Of a stretch of DNA of 64,000 nt, positions 9,615-19,599 are shown piece after piece. The notes beneath the pieces were generated by a model. That model ran no database searches. It saw only the letters and a list, made by a program, of their open reading frames with translations, and was not told the DNA's origin. A program made the position numbers and the translations under genes. The stretch comes from an uncultured Desulfobacter sp. (GTDB lineage Bacteria > Desulfobacterota > Desulfobacteria > Desulfobacterales > Desulfobacteraceae): positions 5,024,001 to 5,088,000 of the forward strand of contig OY762069.1 of assembly GCA_963665095.1 (NCBI GenBank), given 5' to 3'. Every line of letters begins with the position of its first letter. Positions within the stretch are counted from its first letter, which is position 1.

Positions 9615-10664
9615 TTACCTGTAATCGTCCATGATCTGTGTCAGTTTCCCGCTGCCCGGGCACAGCTGCTTTTCCGACAGGGTATTCAGCGGGGTGTCAC
9701 ATGTGCCGATGATCTCATGGGTATCTTTTAAGGATTCGTTGATATGCAGGATACCGGTGAGGATCTGCCCCTTTGCCCGGTACCGTTCCAGGGCGTCAAT
9801 GGCGGCCCGCCGGTTTGTGATATCAAAGGAGTTATCACTTTTATGCAGGTGAATCAGGGTCCCGTCGTGCATGGCCACGGACTGGGTGGCACCTTCAGGG
9901 TAGTCCACGGTGATTTCAGGGCGCATGGGCACAAAATCAAAAAAAGAGGTGGCCTCCATATGATCCCGGACCCAGTGGTAACTTTTGGTGGAGGTTTCGG
10001 TGTTGTTGAATGTGACACAGGGGGAGATCACATCCACCAGCGAAAAGCCTTTATGTCTGATCGCCGCCTTGATCAGCGGTACCAGGTGGGTCTTGTCCCC
10101 GGAAAAACCCCGGGCCACAAACCCTGCGCCTAACTGCACGGCGGATTCGCACAAATCAACGGCTTCAAAGGGGTTGGGTTTGCCCTTTTTCGCCGCAGAG
10201 CCCTTGTCTGCCGTGGCCGAATCCTGGCCCTTGGTCAGGCCGTAAACCCCGTTGTTCATGACAATGTATACCATGTTCAGGTTACGCCGGGCCGCATGGA
10301 CAAACTGGCCCATGCCAATGGAGGCAGTGTCCCCGTCACCGGATACCCCGATATAGAGCAGATTTTTATTGGCCATATTGGCGCCCGTGGCAATGGAGGG
10401 CATGCGGCCATGGACCGAGTTGAACCCATGGGAGCGGCCCAGGAAATAGGCCGGCGTTTTGGAGGAACACCCGATGCCGGAGAGTTTGGCCACCCCATGG
10501 GGCGGGACAGAGAGCTCAAAACAGGCCTGGATAATGGCATTGCAGATGGAGTCGTGGCCGCAGCCGGCACACAGGGTGGAGTCCCCGCCTTCATAATCTA
10601 TGCGGGTGTACCCCAGATCATTTTTCGGCAGCCTTGGATGGCGCAGGATCGGGCGCTTGCTCAT
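9615..10664 (-). CDS. 2-oxoacid:ferredoxin oxidoreductase beta subunit
   Basis: CAGCGH, SGIGCS, TPP motif GDGD...NNGVYGLTKGQ, SPCVTFN. Confidence 0.93.
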   Translation of the reverse strand: MSKRPILRHPRLPKNDLGYTRIDYEGGDSTLCAGCGHDSICNAIIQACFELSVPPHGVAKLSGIGCSSKTPAYFLGRSHGFNSVHGRMPSIATGANMANKNLLYIGVSGDGDTASIGMGQFVHAARRNLNMVYIVMNNGVYGLTKGQDSATADKGSAAKKGKPNPFEAVDLCESAVQLGAGFVARGFSGDKTHLVPLIKAAIRHKGFSLVDVISPCVTFNNTETSTKSYHWVRDHMEATSFFDFVPMRPEITVDYPEGATQSVAMHDGTLIHLHKSDNSFDITNRRAAIDALERYRAKGQILTGILHINESLKDTHEIIGTCDTPLNTLSEKQLCPGSGKLTQIMDDYR

Positions 10665-12481
10665 GCGGCACCTCCTTGTTTTTTTATTGCCTCACAGATG
10701 GATGCGGCATCGGGTGGTGTGGCATCCATGTGGGTGATGGAAATCAGTTTGTCCGGCAGAATATCCAGTTCGTGGATCAACAGGGCGCGCATCTGTCCGT
10801 CCCGGTTCTGCTCCACAACGAAAATTTTTTCATGGTTGTCAATGAACGCTTTCACCTCATTGGTAAAGGGAAAGGATCTAATTCGCAGGGTGTTGAGCCG
10901 GGTGTTCTGTTCAGTTAGGAGATCCCTGGCTTCCAGGGCTGCCTGAACGGTAGTCCCGAAAAAGATCATGGCCCGGGTGGCTTCAGGGTCATTAATTGCT
11001 GTCTCAGGTGCCGGAACCAGGGTTTTGGCGGTCTCCCATTTTTTAATCAGCCGTTCCATTCCCTTTTTGTATATATCATTATTTTCAGTGTAGGCCGCAT
11101 ACTCATTATGGGAGGAGCCCCGTGTAAAATAGGCACCCCGCTGGGAATGGGTGCCGGGAAGGGTTCGGTAGCAGACACCGTCATTGTCCGTGTCCAGGTA
11201 CCGGCCCCATTTTCCGGCCCAGTCATCCTCCAGAGCGTCAAGCTGGTCTGCGTCCAGCACCTTGCCCCGGTTGTAGGTGGTGTTATCGTCCCACTCAAAG
11301 GGATCGCTCAAGTGATCGTTCATGCCAAGGTCGAGATCACTCATGACAATCACCGGGGTCTGGAGCCCTTCAGCCAGGTCAAAAGCATGGGCAGTCATGT
11401 CAAAGCACTCCTTGGGGTCACAGGGAAAGAGCAGCACGTGCCGGGTATCTCCGTGGGAGGCATAGGCGCAGGCCAGGATATCAGACTGCTGGGTCTTGGT
11501 GGGCATGCCCGTGCTGGGACCGGCCCGCTGAACATCCACCACCACCACAGGAATTTCCGCGAAATAGGCCAGGCCAAGCAGTTCGTTCATAAGCGAGATG
11601 CCGGGTCCGGATGTGGCAGTAAATGCCCGGGCTCCGTTCCAGCCGGCGCCCACGGCAATGCCCAGGGCTGCCAGTTCGTCTTCCGCCTGGATAACGGCCG
11701 CTTTTCGATGCCCCGTTTCATCCATGCGCAACTTCCCGGCAAACCGGTCAAAGGACTCCACCACTGAGGTGGACGGGGTGATGGGATACCATCCGGCCAC
11801 GGTGGCCCCGCCGTAGATGGCGCCTAATCCTGTGGCCGCGTTGCCATCTATGAGAATTTTGTTCCCCACCAGATCGCTTTTCCGCACAGACAGATCGCAA
11901 AGGTCCTTGAACCGGGATTCGGCATGATTGAAGCCGGCTTCCAGGGCCAGGATGTTTGGTTCGGCCAGGGCCGGCTTTTTGCTGAACTGCCGCTTGAGTG
12001 CCTCAACAAAAACCTCAAGACCCATATCAAAGAGGGAGGCCAGGGCACCCACATAAATAATATTTTTCAGCAAAGATCTCAGCTTGGGTATTTTAATCTC
12101 CCGGTTGGCAATGCCGGTGAGCGGCATGGGAATCAGGGTAATGTCATCCCGCAGACTTCCTTCCGGCAATGGCCTGGCATCGTCGTACAGAAAGTATCCC
12201 CCCGGGGCCAGATCATCATAATCCTGTTTCAGGGTCTGTCCGTTCATGGCCACCAGGAAATCATACCCGCCCCGGCGTGCCAGATATCCTTTTTCACTGA
12301 TGCGCACCTCATACCAGGTGGGAAGCCCCTGGATGTTGGAGGGAAAGATGTTTTTCGGGCTCACCGGCACGCCCATGCGGAAGACCGCCTTGGCAAACAT
12401 GTTGTTGGCAGAGGCGGATCCTGAGCCGTTGATATTGGCAAACCGGATGACGAAATCGTTGATTCGGGCTGGTTGTCTCAT
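10661..12481 (-). CDS. 2-oxoacid:acceptor oxidoreductase alpha (gamma-alpha fused) subunit
   Basis: YPITPS, QAEDE, TATSGPG, QRAGPSTGMPT. Start placed at MRQPARIND (ATGA overlap). Confidence 0.93.
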   Translation of the reverse strand: MRQPARINDFVIRFANINGSGSASANNMFAKAVFRMGVPVSPKNIFPSNIQGLPTWYEVRISEKGYLARRGGYDFLVAMNGQTLKQDYDDLAPGGYFLYDDARPLPEGSLRDDITLIPMPLTGIANREIKIPKLRSLLKNIIYVGALASLFDMGLEVFVEALKRQFSKKPALAEPNILALEAGFNHAESRFKDLCDLSVRKSDLVGNKILIDGNAATGLGAIYGGATVAGWYPITPSTSVVESFDRFAGKLRMDETGHRKAAVIQAEDELAALGIAVGAGWNGARAFTATSGPGISLMNELLGLAYFAEIPVVVVDVQRAGPSTGMPTKTQQSDILACAYASHGDTRHVLLFPCDPKECFDMTAHAFDLAEGLQTPVIVMSDLDLGMNDHLSDPFEWDDNTTYNRGKVLDADQLDALEDDWAGKWGRYLDTDNDGVCYRTLPGTHSQRGAYFTRGSSHNEYAAYTENNDIYKKGMERLIKKWETAKTLVPAPETAINDPEATRAMIFFGTTVQAALEARDLLTEQNTRLNTLRIRSFPFTNEVKAFIDNHEKIFVVEQNRDGQMRALLIHELDILPDKLISITHMDATPPDAASICEAIKKQGGAA

Positions 12482-14211
12482 TCTTGTCCTGCCTTTGGGG
12501 AGGTGTAGGTGAACTTCTGCATGTCCCAGGCCGTTGTGGGACACTTTTCCGCACACATGCCGCAGTGAAGACAGACGTCTTCGTCCTTGACCATGACCCT
12601 GCCTGTGGGCAGGGGCCCTGACACATACAGCGCCTGGGTGGTGTTCACAGCCGGCACAGCCATGGCTTTCCGCAGCTGGGCTTCCTCGCTATTTTCCATA
12701 AAGTTGATACAGGTGGTGGGACAGACATCCACACAGGCATCGCACTCAATGCATGCCTCCACAGTGAACACAGTCTGGACATCACAGTTCAGGCAGCGGT
12801 CGGCCTCCTTTTTCCCGGTTTTGATGTCAAACCCCAGCTCCACTTCCAACAGCCGGTCTTTAATAGATTTTACCTTGGGGGCCAGGGGGACTTCCTGGCG
12901 ATGGTCCAGGGTCACGGCATTGTCATAGGCCCAGTCACGAAGTCCCATTTTCTGGGCAGTGAGGCTTGAAAAGGGCGCCGGGCGCTGGTGTATATCTTTG
13001 CCCCGGCAGAAAAGGTCCATTGAGATGGCTGCTTCATGGCCGTGGGCCACGGCCGTAATGACGTTTTTAGGGCCAAAGGCTGCATCGCCGCCGAAAAATA
13101 CATGGGGCAGGTCTGACTGGAAGGTTACCGGATCCACATGGGGCCGGCCCTGGTCATCAAAAGAGATGCCCGCATCTTTTTCAATCCAGGGAAAGGCATT
13201 TTGCTGGCCAATGGCAAGCAGCACCTGGTCACAGGCAATAAAAATCTCCTCCTTCACCTTGGGCGAGGTAAAGATCATGCCGGTGAGTTGATTGTTCTCT
13301 ATTGTGAAAGATTGGGGCGTCAGATGTTCCAGGATGGGAATGTCTTCTCTGAGCGCGTCTTCAATTTCCCAGGGCGAGGCTTTCATCTGGTCTTTTCCTC
13401 CCCGGATAACCACCTTGACTTCTTTTCCCCCAAGGCGCCGGGCTGTCCGGCAGCAGTCCATGGCGGTATTGCCGCCACCAATGACCAGGGTCACAGACCC
13501 GGCCTTTTTGACGTGGCCGTACTGTACCGCAGCCAGCCATTCAATCCCCACATGGATAGATGCGTCCGCCTCCCGGCGGCCGGGCAGGTCAAGATCCCTG
13601 CCACGGGGGGCGCCGGTGCCGATGAAAACAGCGTCAAAGCCTTTGGTCAGAAATTGTTTAAAGCTGGGCACATATGCTTTCCGGTGGGTGACCACCCCCA
13701 TATCCAGGATGGCATTGACCTCTTCATCCAGTACTTTTTCAGGAAGGCGGAAAGAGGGCACCTGGCTTCGTACAAACCCGCCGGGCTTGTCCTGATCGTC
13801 AAAGAGATGCACCTCGTATCCCAAAGGCATCAGATCCCGGGCCACGGTAAGAGAGGCAGGGCCTCCGCCGATCAACCCTATTTTTTTGCCATTTTTTTCT
13901 TTGGGGATTTCAGGATAGTTCAGGCTTCCCGGGTCCTTGTTATCCGCACACACGCGTTTAAGGCGGCAGATGGCCACGGCATTGTCTTCCACCCGGCCCC
14001 GGCGGCAGGCCGGTTCGCATGGCCTGTCACAGATACGGCCCAGGATGCCGGGAAATACGTTGGACCACCAGTTGATCATATAGGCCATGGAATATTTCTT
14101 TTCGGCAATGAGCCGGATATATTCCGGTACCGGTGTATGGGCCGGGCATGCAAACTGGCAGTCAATGACCCTGTGAAAATAGTCAGGATTTTTGATATCC
14201 GTTGGATTCAA
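12478..14211 (-). CDS. GltD-like FAD/Fe-S oxidoreductase with C-terminal 2x[4Fe-4S] domain
   Basis: CQFACP and CDRPCEPAC clusters, GGGPAS, GGGNTAMD, CIECDACVDVCP, CLHCGMCAEKCP. TTG start with GGAGG RBS. Confidence 0.9.
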   Translation of the reverse strand: MNPTDIKNPDYFHRVIDCQFACPAHTPVPEYIRLIAEKKYSMAYMINWWSNVFPGILGRICDRPCEPACRRGRVEDNAVAICRLKRVCADNKDPGSLNYPEIPKEKNGKKIGLIGGGPASLTVARDLMPLGYEVHLFDDQDKPGGFVRSQVPSFRLPEKVLDEEVNAILDMGVVTHRKAYVPSFKQFLTKGFDAVFIGTGAPRGRDLDLPGRREADASIHVGIEWLAAVQYGHVKKAGSVTLVIGGGNTAMDCCRTARRLGGKEVKVVIRGGKDQMKASPWEIEDALREDIPILEHLTPQSFTIENNQLTGMIFTSPKVKEEIFIACDQVLLAIGQQNAFPWIEKDAGISFDDQGRPHVDPVTFQSDLPHVFFGGDAAFGPKNVITAVAHGHEAAISMDLFCRGKDIHQRPAPFSSLTAQKMGLRDWAYDNAVTLDHRQEVPLAPKVKSIKDRLLEVELGFDIKTGKKEADRCLNCDVQTVFTVEACIECDACVDVCPTTCINFMENSEEAQLRKAMAVPAVNTTQALYVSGPLPTGRVMVKDEDVCLHCGMCAEKCPTTAWDMQKFTYTSPKAGQE

Positions 14212-14555
14212 TGCTGGTTCCTCCCCCTGTCTGACGCATGAATGAAAAAGCTTAAGTCTATTTTTAAACTAAAACTGGTCACCATGCAAAATAATTCATA
14301 TATCCCGGGGCAAACCTTATAAAAGGATGTGAAGAATGAAGTCGTTTAAAAGGGGAAAAATCCATGTGGCATTTCCCTGTTTAAAATCATTTCCTGACGG
14401 TTTGTCAGAATTTGTTGGCAATGCTTGACAATGCGGTCTCTTCCTGTCTAATTTGAAAAAGAATAGTCCACTCTTACGTGTTTTCAGGCAGTAACACAAT
14501 TCAGATGTTTCCCATTGTGAATGGGATGTCAAAGATATATGCATCAGGAGGGGTT

Positions 14556-15083
14556 ATGGGCGTTTTGGAGGTCCAGGATGAAACATTAAGGCTTCTTAAG
14601 GAGATTGCCTTACAGAAAAATGTGCCTGTGGAGGGGTTGGCCAGGCAGATCCTCCATGAATATGTATTGCAGTTCAGAAATGAAGGATCACAAAAACAGG
14701 GTCGGGAGATGCGCAGGTATGAGCGTCAGGAAACCAACTGGGATGATAAACTCCATTTTCAATTTGCAGGGGACTCAAGCCGGGAAAAGATACCTGGAAA
14801 GCTGAAAGATATTTCGATGAACGGTCTGTGTTTTTCATTTGATCTGAAACAAAATATTCCGGATGAGCAATTTTATAAAAACCAGGTCCTGAACGTCTCT
14901 TTTGAACTCCCGCAGACCGGCCAGTCCATCCGGCTGCAGATGAACCCGCGGTATATTCGGAAACAGGGTGTAAATAATGTCGTGGGGACCGCTTTTATTG
15001 AGGAGGGGTGTGATTACGGTGATCTTATTGCGTTTATGGGGTTACTGGACAAAGAACCCCCTTCAGATTCCGGTTCAGTCTGA
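14556..15083 (+). CDS. PilZ-domain protein with possible N-terminal ribbon-helix-helix
   Basis: RRYER and DISMNG motifs; ATG at 14556 preceded by AGGAGG. Confidence 0.75.
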   Translation: MGVLEVQDETLRLLKEIALQKNVPVEGLARQILHEYVLQFRNEGSQKQGREMRRYERQETNWDDKLHFQFAGDSSREKIPGKLKDISMNGLCFSFDLKQNIPDEQFYKNQVLNVSFELPQTGQSIRLQMNPRYIRKQGVNNVVGTAFIEEGCDYGDLIAFMGLLDKEPPSDSGSV

Positions 15084-15167
15084 AATCTGAAAGGGGCTGA
15101 GAATCCATATCCTGTCGGTACTGGCATTTTTGCTGAAAACAGTCTGAATCCAAAGAGTCAGGCTTGA

Positions 15168-16097
15168 TTACAGCTTTTCAGTCAGGGCTGGCACCACTTC
15201 AAAAATATCACCCACAATTCCGTAGTCGCATCTGCCAAAGATCGGGGCATCCTTGTCCTTGTTGATGGCCACGATCACCTTGGAGGTTTTCATGCCGGCA
15301 AAGTGCTGCACCGCACCTGAGATCCCGCAGGCAATATAGAGTTTGGGGGAAACGGTTTTTCCGGTTTGTCCCACCTGGCGGGAATGGGTGGCGTATCCCG
15401 CATCCACGGCCGCCCTGGAGGCCCCTACGGCAGCGCCCAGTTTAGCGGCGCATGCTTCAATCATCTGAAAGTTTTCCTTATCCCCGATGGCTCTGCCGCC
15501 GGAGATGATCACGGGCGCTTCGGTCAGGTCCAGGGTCGCACCGACAGTTGTGATGGTTTCCACCACCTTTGTGACGCCAGGACCCCGGGCGGTTGTCTTG
15601 AATTCAACAATGTCTGCTGCCGCGTCTGCCAGAACCGGATCCAGGGTATTGGGGCGGATGGTACACAGCAGCACATCGGCATTGACCTGCAGGGTGGCAA
15701 TGATTTTTCCGGAGAAATGGGATTTTTTCACCTGCTTTTTATCCAGGTCCACGCCCAATGCATCAGACACCAGGGGAAGATCCATGAAGGCGGCAATCCG
15801 GGCGAACATATCCTTCCCTTCCGCACTGGCCGTACCCAGCAGTGCTGAGAGGCCCTGGGCCTTGATGGTTTCCGCAAGGGCCTGGGCTGCCAGATCAGGA
15901 TCGGCCGCCAGGTCTTTTTCTGAGGTAATATTGACGATGGTGGCTGCCCCGTGGGCTGCCAGGGTCTCTTTCACTGCCGCAGGATCGCCGTTCAGAAGAA
16001 TGGCGGCTATTTCATGGCCCTTTGCTGCTGCCATCACGCCCAGGCTTGTTTCCTTGACACTGCTGTTTTCGATTTCAATTAAAATTCCTGTTTTCAT
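15168..16097 (-). CDS. etfA: Electron transfer flavoprotein alpha subunit
   Basis: [42 protein letters not shown]. Confidence 0.96.
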   Translation of the reverse strand: MKTGILIEIENSSVKETSLGVMAAAKGHEIAAILLNGDPAAVKETLAAHGAATIVNITSEKDLAADPDLAAQALAETIKAQGLSALLGTASAEGKDMFARIAAFMDLPLVSDALGVDLDKKQVKKSHFSGKIIATLQVNADVLLCTIRPNTLDPVLADAAADIVEFKTTARGPGVTKVVETITTVGATLDLTEAPVIISGGRAIGDKENFQMIEACAAKLGAAVGASRAAVDAGYATHSRQVGQTGKTVSPKLYIACGISGAVQHFAGMKTSKVIVAINKDKDAPIFGRCDYGIVGDIFEVVPALTEKL

Positions 16098-16107
16098 GGC
16101 CACTCCT

Positions 16108-16881
16108 TTATGCGATCACCTTCTCGTCTTCCTTTAGAATTCTTACAAGCTCTGTTACCTGAGCGTCCACGCCGCCTTCCAGCATTTTTGCACCGGACCG
16201 GTCAGGCACCGGTGCCAGGGCCACATAGGTCACGCCGGCATCGGGTGCATCGGCAACAAGGTCTGCCAGGGGGATATCCTTGATCTGTTTTTTCTTGGCT
16301 TTCATGATATCCGGGAATTTGGGATATCGGGGTTCATTTAATCCCTTGGTGGCGCCAATGACGCAGGGCAGGGCCATTTCAAGAACCTGGCTTTTGCCGC
16401 CGGCAGCTTCCAGGGTGGCCGTGGCTTTTCCGTCAGCCACAACCAGTCCGTTGACCTCACTTGCCATGGGCAGCCCTAATTGGACTGCCACCCGGTACAG
16501 GGTCTGGGAGGTTTCTGTATCCACGGCGGTTTTGCCGCCAAATACCATGTCTGCATCACCGTCGGCAGTAATGGCTGCGGCAAGGGCTCTGGCCGCCACC
16601 TGGCTGTCCGTGAACTGGGCATCCGTGACAATGTGGATACCCCGGGCAGCCCCCATGGCCAAAGCGCTTCTGATGGCGTCCTTTGCACAGGGGCCACCCA
16701 GACAGACCACGATTACCTCTCCGCCATTGGCTTCCACCAGCCTGACGGCCTCTTCCACCCCGTATTCATCATAGGGGTTGGCAATGAATTTGACATCTTT
16801 ATCCGCAAAGGATGTTTCCCCTGCAACCTTGATGTTTGCGGCGGTATCCGGTACATGTTTTACGCATGCAAAAATTTTCAT
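16108..16881 (-). CDS. etfB: Electron transfer flavoprotein beta subunit
   Basis: CVKHVPD, NPYDEYGVEEA, ALAMGA, NEPRYP. Confidence 0.96.
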   Translation of the reverse strand: MKIFACVKHVPDTAANIKVAGETSFADKDVKFIANPYDEYGVEEAVRLVEANGGEVIVVCLGGPCAKDAIRSALAMGAARGIHIVTDAQFTDSQVAARALAAAITADGDADMVFGGKTAVDTETSQTLYRVAVQLGLPMASEVNGLVVADGKATATLEAAGGKSQVLEMALPCVIGATKGLNEPRYPKFPDIMKAKKKQIKDIPLADLVADAPDAGVTYVALAPVPDRSGAKMLEGGVDAQVTELVRILKEDEKVIA

Positions 16882-16974
16882 GGGCTTCTCCTAACAATTG
16901 GGCTTTCCGGAGAAGGGACCCTCCCGCCTCCGGAATTATTGGGATATTAATAACATTGGCAGTTTTACAGATCA

Positions 16975-17010
16975 TGACATATATTGTCAATCAAAAATTG
17001 TCGAACAAAA
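16975..17010. promoter_or_regulatory. Candidate operator between etfB and the GntR gene
   Basis: TGACA-tatat-TGTCA inverted repeat (16975-16989) overlapping tandem 14-mers attgtcaatcaaaa/attgtcgaacaaaa (16983-17010). Confidence 0.4.
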
Positions 17011-17111
17011 ATTTTTTTCAATATGACCGTTAAAAAGATTCAGATTCATTTCAGGTTCGACTATAGTGACATATCAACTCATTGAGGCGTTCGCCCGCAG
17101 AAAGGATATCC

Positions 17112-17780
17112 ATGTCAATTACCCAGGAAGATCAGGCATACAACAAAATCAAAACCGCCATCTGCAAAGGATATATTAAAAAAGGCAGCAAACTGAAGGA
17201 GATTCCTTTAGCCGGCAGTCTGGACATGAGCCGGGCCACGGTCAAAGGGGCCATTAAGCGCCTGGTGTTTGAAGGCCTGGCCGAACATGTACCCTATAAA
17301 GGGGTCTCCGTGGTCAGCCCCACCCTGGAGGAGATCAGTCAGGCCTTTCAGGTCCGTGCCCAGCTGGAGCAGATGGCTGTGACCCTTGCCATGCCGGAGA
17401 TGACCGCCCGGGACTATAAAGAACTGGAATCCCTGATCGGACAGGAGGAGGCATTGTGCCGGTCCAGGGAGGCAGAAGGCTATTATGAAATCAATAATGC
17501 CTTCCATCTGAAAATTGCGGAACATTCCGGCAACAAGGTCCTGATTCACTACGTCAGAGAGCTGCTGCAGAAAACAACCATCTATCTGATTCTCTTTGAT
17601 CCTTTTTTTCAGCTGATTGATGCCCACAACGTCTCCCCTGAGGAGCACACCCATATCCTGGGCCTTATGCGGAATATGGACTGCACGGCTGCCGGAGAGG
17701 CCATCAGGCACCACCTTGAGAGCACGGTGGAGAATCTGGATGCAGACGTGCTTTGTCCCAGCGATTATCTGACGGTGTGA
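17112..17780 (+). CDS. GntR family transcriptional regulator (FCD domain)
   Basis: wHTH LAGSLDMSRATVKGAIKRLVFEGL; FCD motifs NNAFH, EEH..I, HL. Confidence 0.9.
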   Translation: MSITQEDQAYNKIKTAICKGYIKKGSKLKEIPLAGSLDMSRATVKGAIKRLVFEGLAEHVPYKGVSVVSPTLEEISQAFQVRAQLEQMAVTLAMPEMTARDYKELESLIGQEEALCRSREAEGYYEINNAFHLKIAEHSGNKVLIHYVRELLQKTTIYLILFDPFFQLIDAHNVSPEEHTHILGLMRNMDCTAAGEAIRHHLESTVENLDADVLCPSDYLTV

Positions 17781-17889
17781 CCTGTTTAATAATTATTATT
17801 TGAAGATCGCATACATTGGTGTTGGAGGGACCCGGCTTGATCAGACCGTCAACGGTATCAAAGAAATGGTATGCATTGTTCTGATTTTT

Positions 17890-19092
17890 TTAAATGGTTA
17901 TCCTTTTCAGTCCATAGGAGAGAATGATGCCCGCAATCGCGCCCACAGCCAGGTTGGCTGCCAGGGTCAGGGAGACAATGACCATAATGACAAACAGTTC
18001 ATTGCGGGTGTGCATGTCATTGATGGTCAAACACAGCGTGCTGCCGGCAAAAACCAGCAGGACCCCAAGGATGGACATGGGAATCAGAAAAAGAAGATAG
18101 ATGAAACCACTGCCCAGAAGGATTGACAGTCCTGCCATGATCCCGCCGATGATCAGATTGGATCCGGCGGTTCTGGCTCCGAACCGGTAATGGGCGGCCA
18201 GTCCCCCAGCCCCGTGACACATGGGTATGCCGCCGAAAACAAAGCTTAAAAAATTGCCGGCAGCCATGGAGTAACAAAGTGCTGTATAGGTCATTTTTTC
18301 GGACCGCTCTTCGAAGTACTCCTTTGACAGATCTGCCTGGGCAATCACTGCATTGCCCAGGGTCATGGGCATCTGGGGCAGGACCACGGCAAACAGGGCA
18401 AAGGTGACATCGGCCCCGCCGGGAAATCCATGGGGGAAAAAGTGGGGGAGATTCAGGCCCGGCTTCAGGGTATCAAGCCCCTCCCCGGTGCCAAGAATCA
18501 GGCCGGCTGCCATGCCGAATATAATGACGATAAGGGCGGCGGGTAGCTTTTTGTTGTTTAAAAATGCCAGGGTGAGAATAAAGCCCATGGTGCCCAGGAT
18601 CAAAGTTACGGGAAGAGGTCCTGCCGTCTGAGTGGTCAGATAAGGTTCCGGCGCCTGGACCACACCTTTGAAAATTGCTGTTCCCAGAACCATTTTCATG
18701 CCTTTGGCCATGAGCAGAAGACCTGTGGATAGCTGGATGCCGCGGATGACAGCCCGGGGAATATACCTGCCGAATTTATTCATGGAGCCTGTGGCGGCGA
18801 TCACCGCCAGCACCAGGCACATGAGCAGTGCCGATGCCTGGATCTGCCGGGCCGTCATGGCCGTGGCAATGGCATAGGTGCCGATCACCTTCATGGGCTC
18901 CACCGGTACGGTGATTCCGTAGTAGAGGCCGCTGGCCGCATAAAACAGCCCCATGGAGAAAAACACCCCCACAGGGTCCAGGCCGTTGACCAGGATCATG
19001 CCCAGCGCTATGGGAAGAATGGTGCCCAGGTCTCCCATGGACCCGGCCAGTTCGTGTTTGTTGAACCGGTATCGTGGCTGCTTTGCCTGCAT
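17890..19092 (-). CDS. Putative molybdate/sulfate transporter (MOT1 family)
   Basis: ELAGSMGDLGT, PVEPMK, PMCHGAGGLAAHYRFGART signatures. Confidence 0.9.
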   Translation of the reverse strand: MQAKQPRYRFNKHELAGSMGDLGTILPIALGMILVNGLDPVGVFFSMGLFYAASGLYYGITVPVEPMKVIGTYAIATAMTARQIQASALLMCLVLAVIAATGSMNKFGRYIPRAVIRGIQLSTGLLLMAKGMKMVLGTAIFKGVVQAPEPYLTTQTAGPLPVTLILGTMGFILTLAFLNNKKLPAALIVIIFGMAAGLILGTGEGLDTLKPGLNLPHFFPHGFPGGADVTFALFAVVLPQMPMTLGNAVIAQADLSKEYFEERSEKMTYTALCYSMAAGNFLSFVFGGIPMCHGAGGLAAHYRFGARTAGSNLIIGGIMAGLSILLGSGFIYLLFLIPMSILGVLLVFAGSTLCLTINDMHTRNELFVIMVIVSLTLAANLAVGAIAGIILSYGLKRITI

Positions 19093-19096
19093 GGTG

Positions 19097-19573
19097 TCAG
19101 ATAAACCTGTCGTCTGAGGTCATGGTCCGGGCCTTGATCTGATTTTCCTCCAGCCATCCGGCGCGAACCCCTGTTGTTTTGGCATCAAATCCGGATACAT
19201 AAGGTTTGATATCAAGAAGCGGGGTGTTATTTAATACATCAATGTCCAGAATATTAAGAATGTTATTTTCCCGGGAGACCAGACGGACAATGGAAAGTCC
19301 GATGGGATTGGGCCGTCGGGGTGCCCGGGTGGAGAAAAGACCCCTTGGGACCGTATCCATAAAAGGGGTGACCATGAGATCAAAACCATCTGACTCATGG
19401 AAACAGTATAATAGAATCAGATGGGAAAACCCCTCAATATCTGACAGGCCTTTTTCATATTCCGGATGTATAATGATCCGTCCCTGGACATCCTGGGCCC
19501 CTGCGGGCTGGATGGGCATGCCTTTGCGGTCTTTAAACGGTGTCTGTATTGTGCCGATGGGTGTCAGGTGCAT
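19097..19573 (-). CDS. tsaA: tRNA (N6-threonylcarbamoyladenosine37-N6)-methyltransferase TsaA/TrmO
   Basis: PIGTIQTPF, GLFSTRAPRRPNPIGLS, TPLLDIKPY. Confidence 0.92.
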   Translation of the reverse strand: MHLTPIGTIQTPFKDRKGMPIQPAGAQDVQGRIIIHPEYEKGLSDIEGFSHLILLYCFHESDGFDLMVTPFMDTVPRGLFSTRAPRRPNPIGLSIVRLVSRENNILNILDIDVLNNTPLLDIKPYVSGFDAKTTGVRAGWLEENQIKARTMTSDDRFI

Positions 19574-19599
19574 GGGGGTATCCTTTTGCGGCGGCCAGG

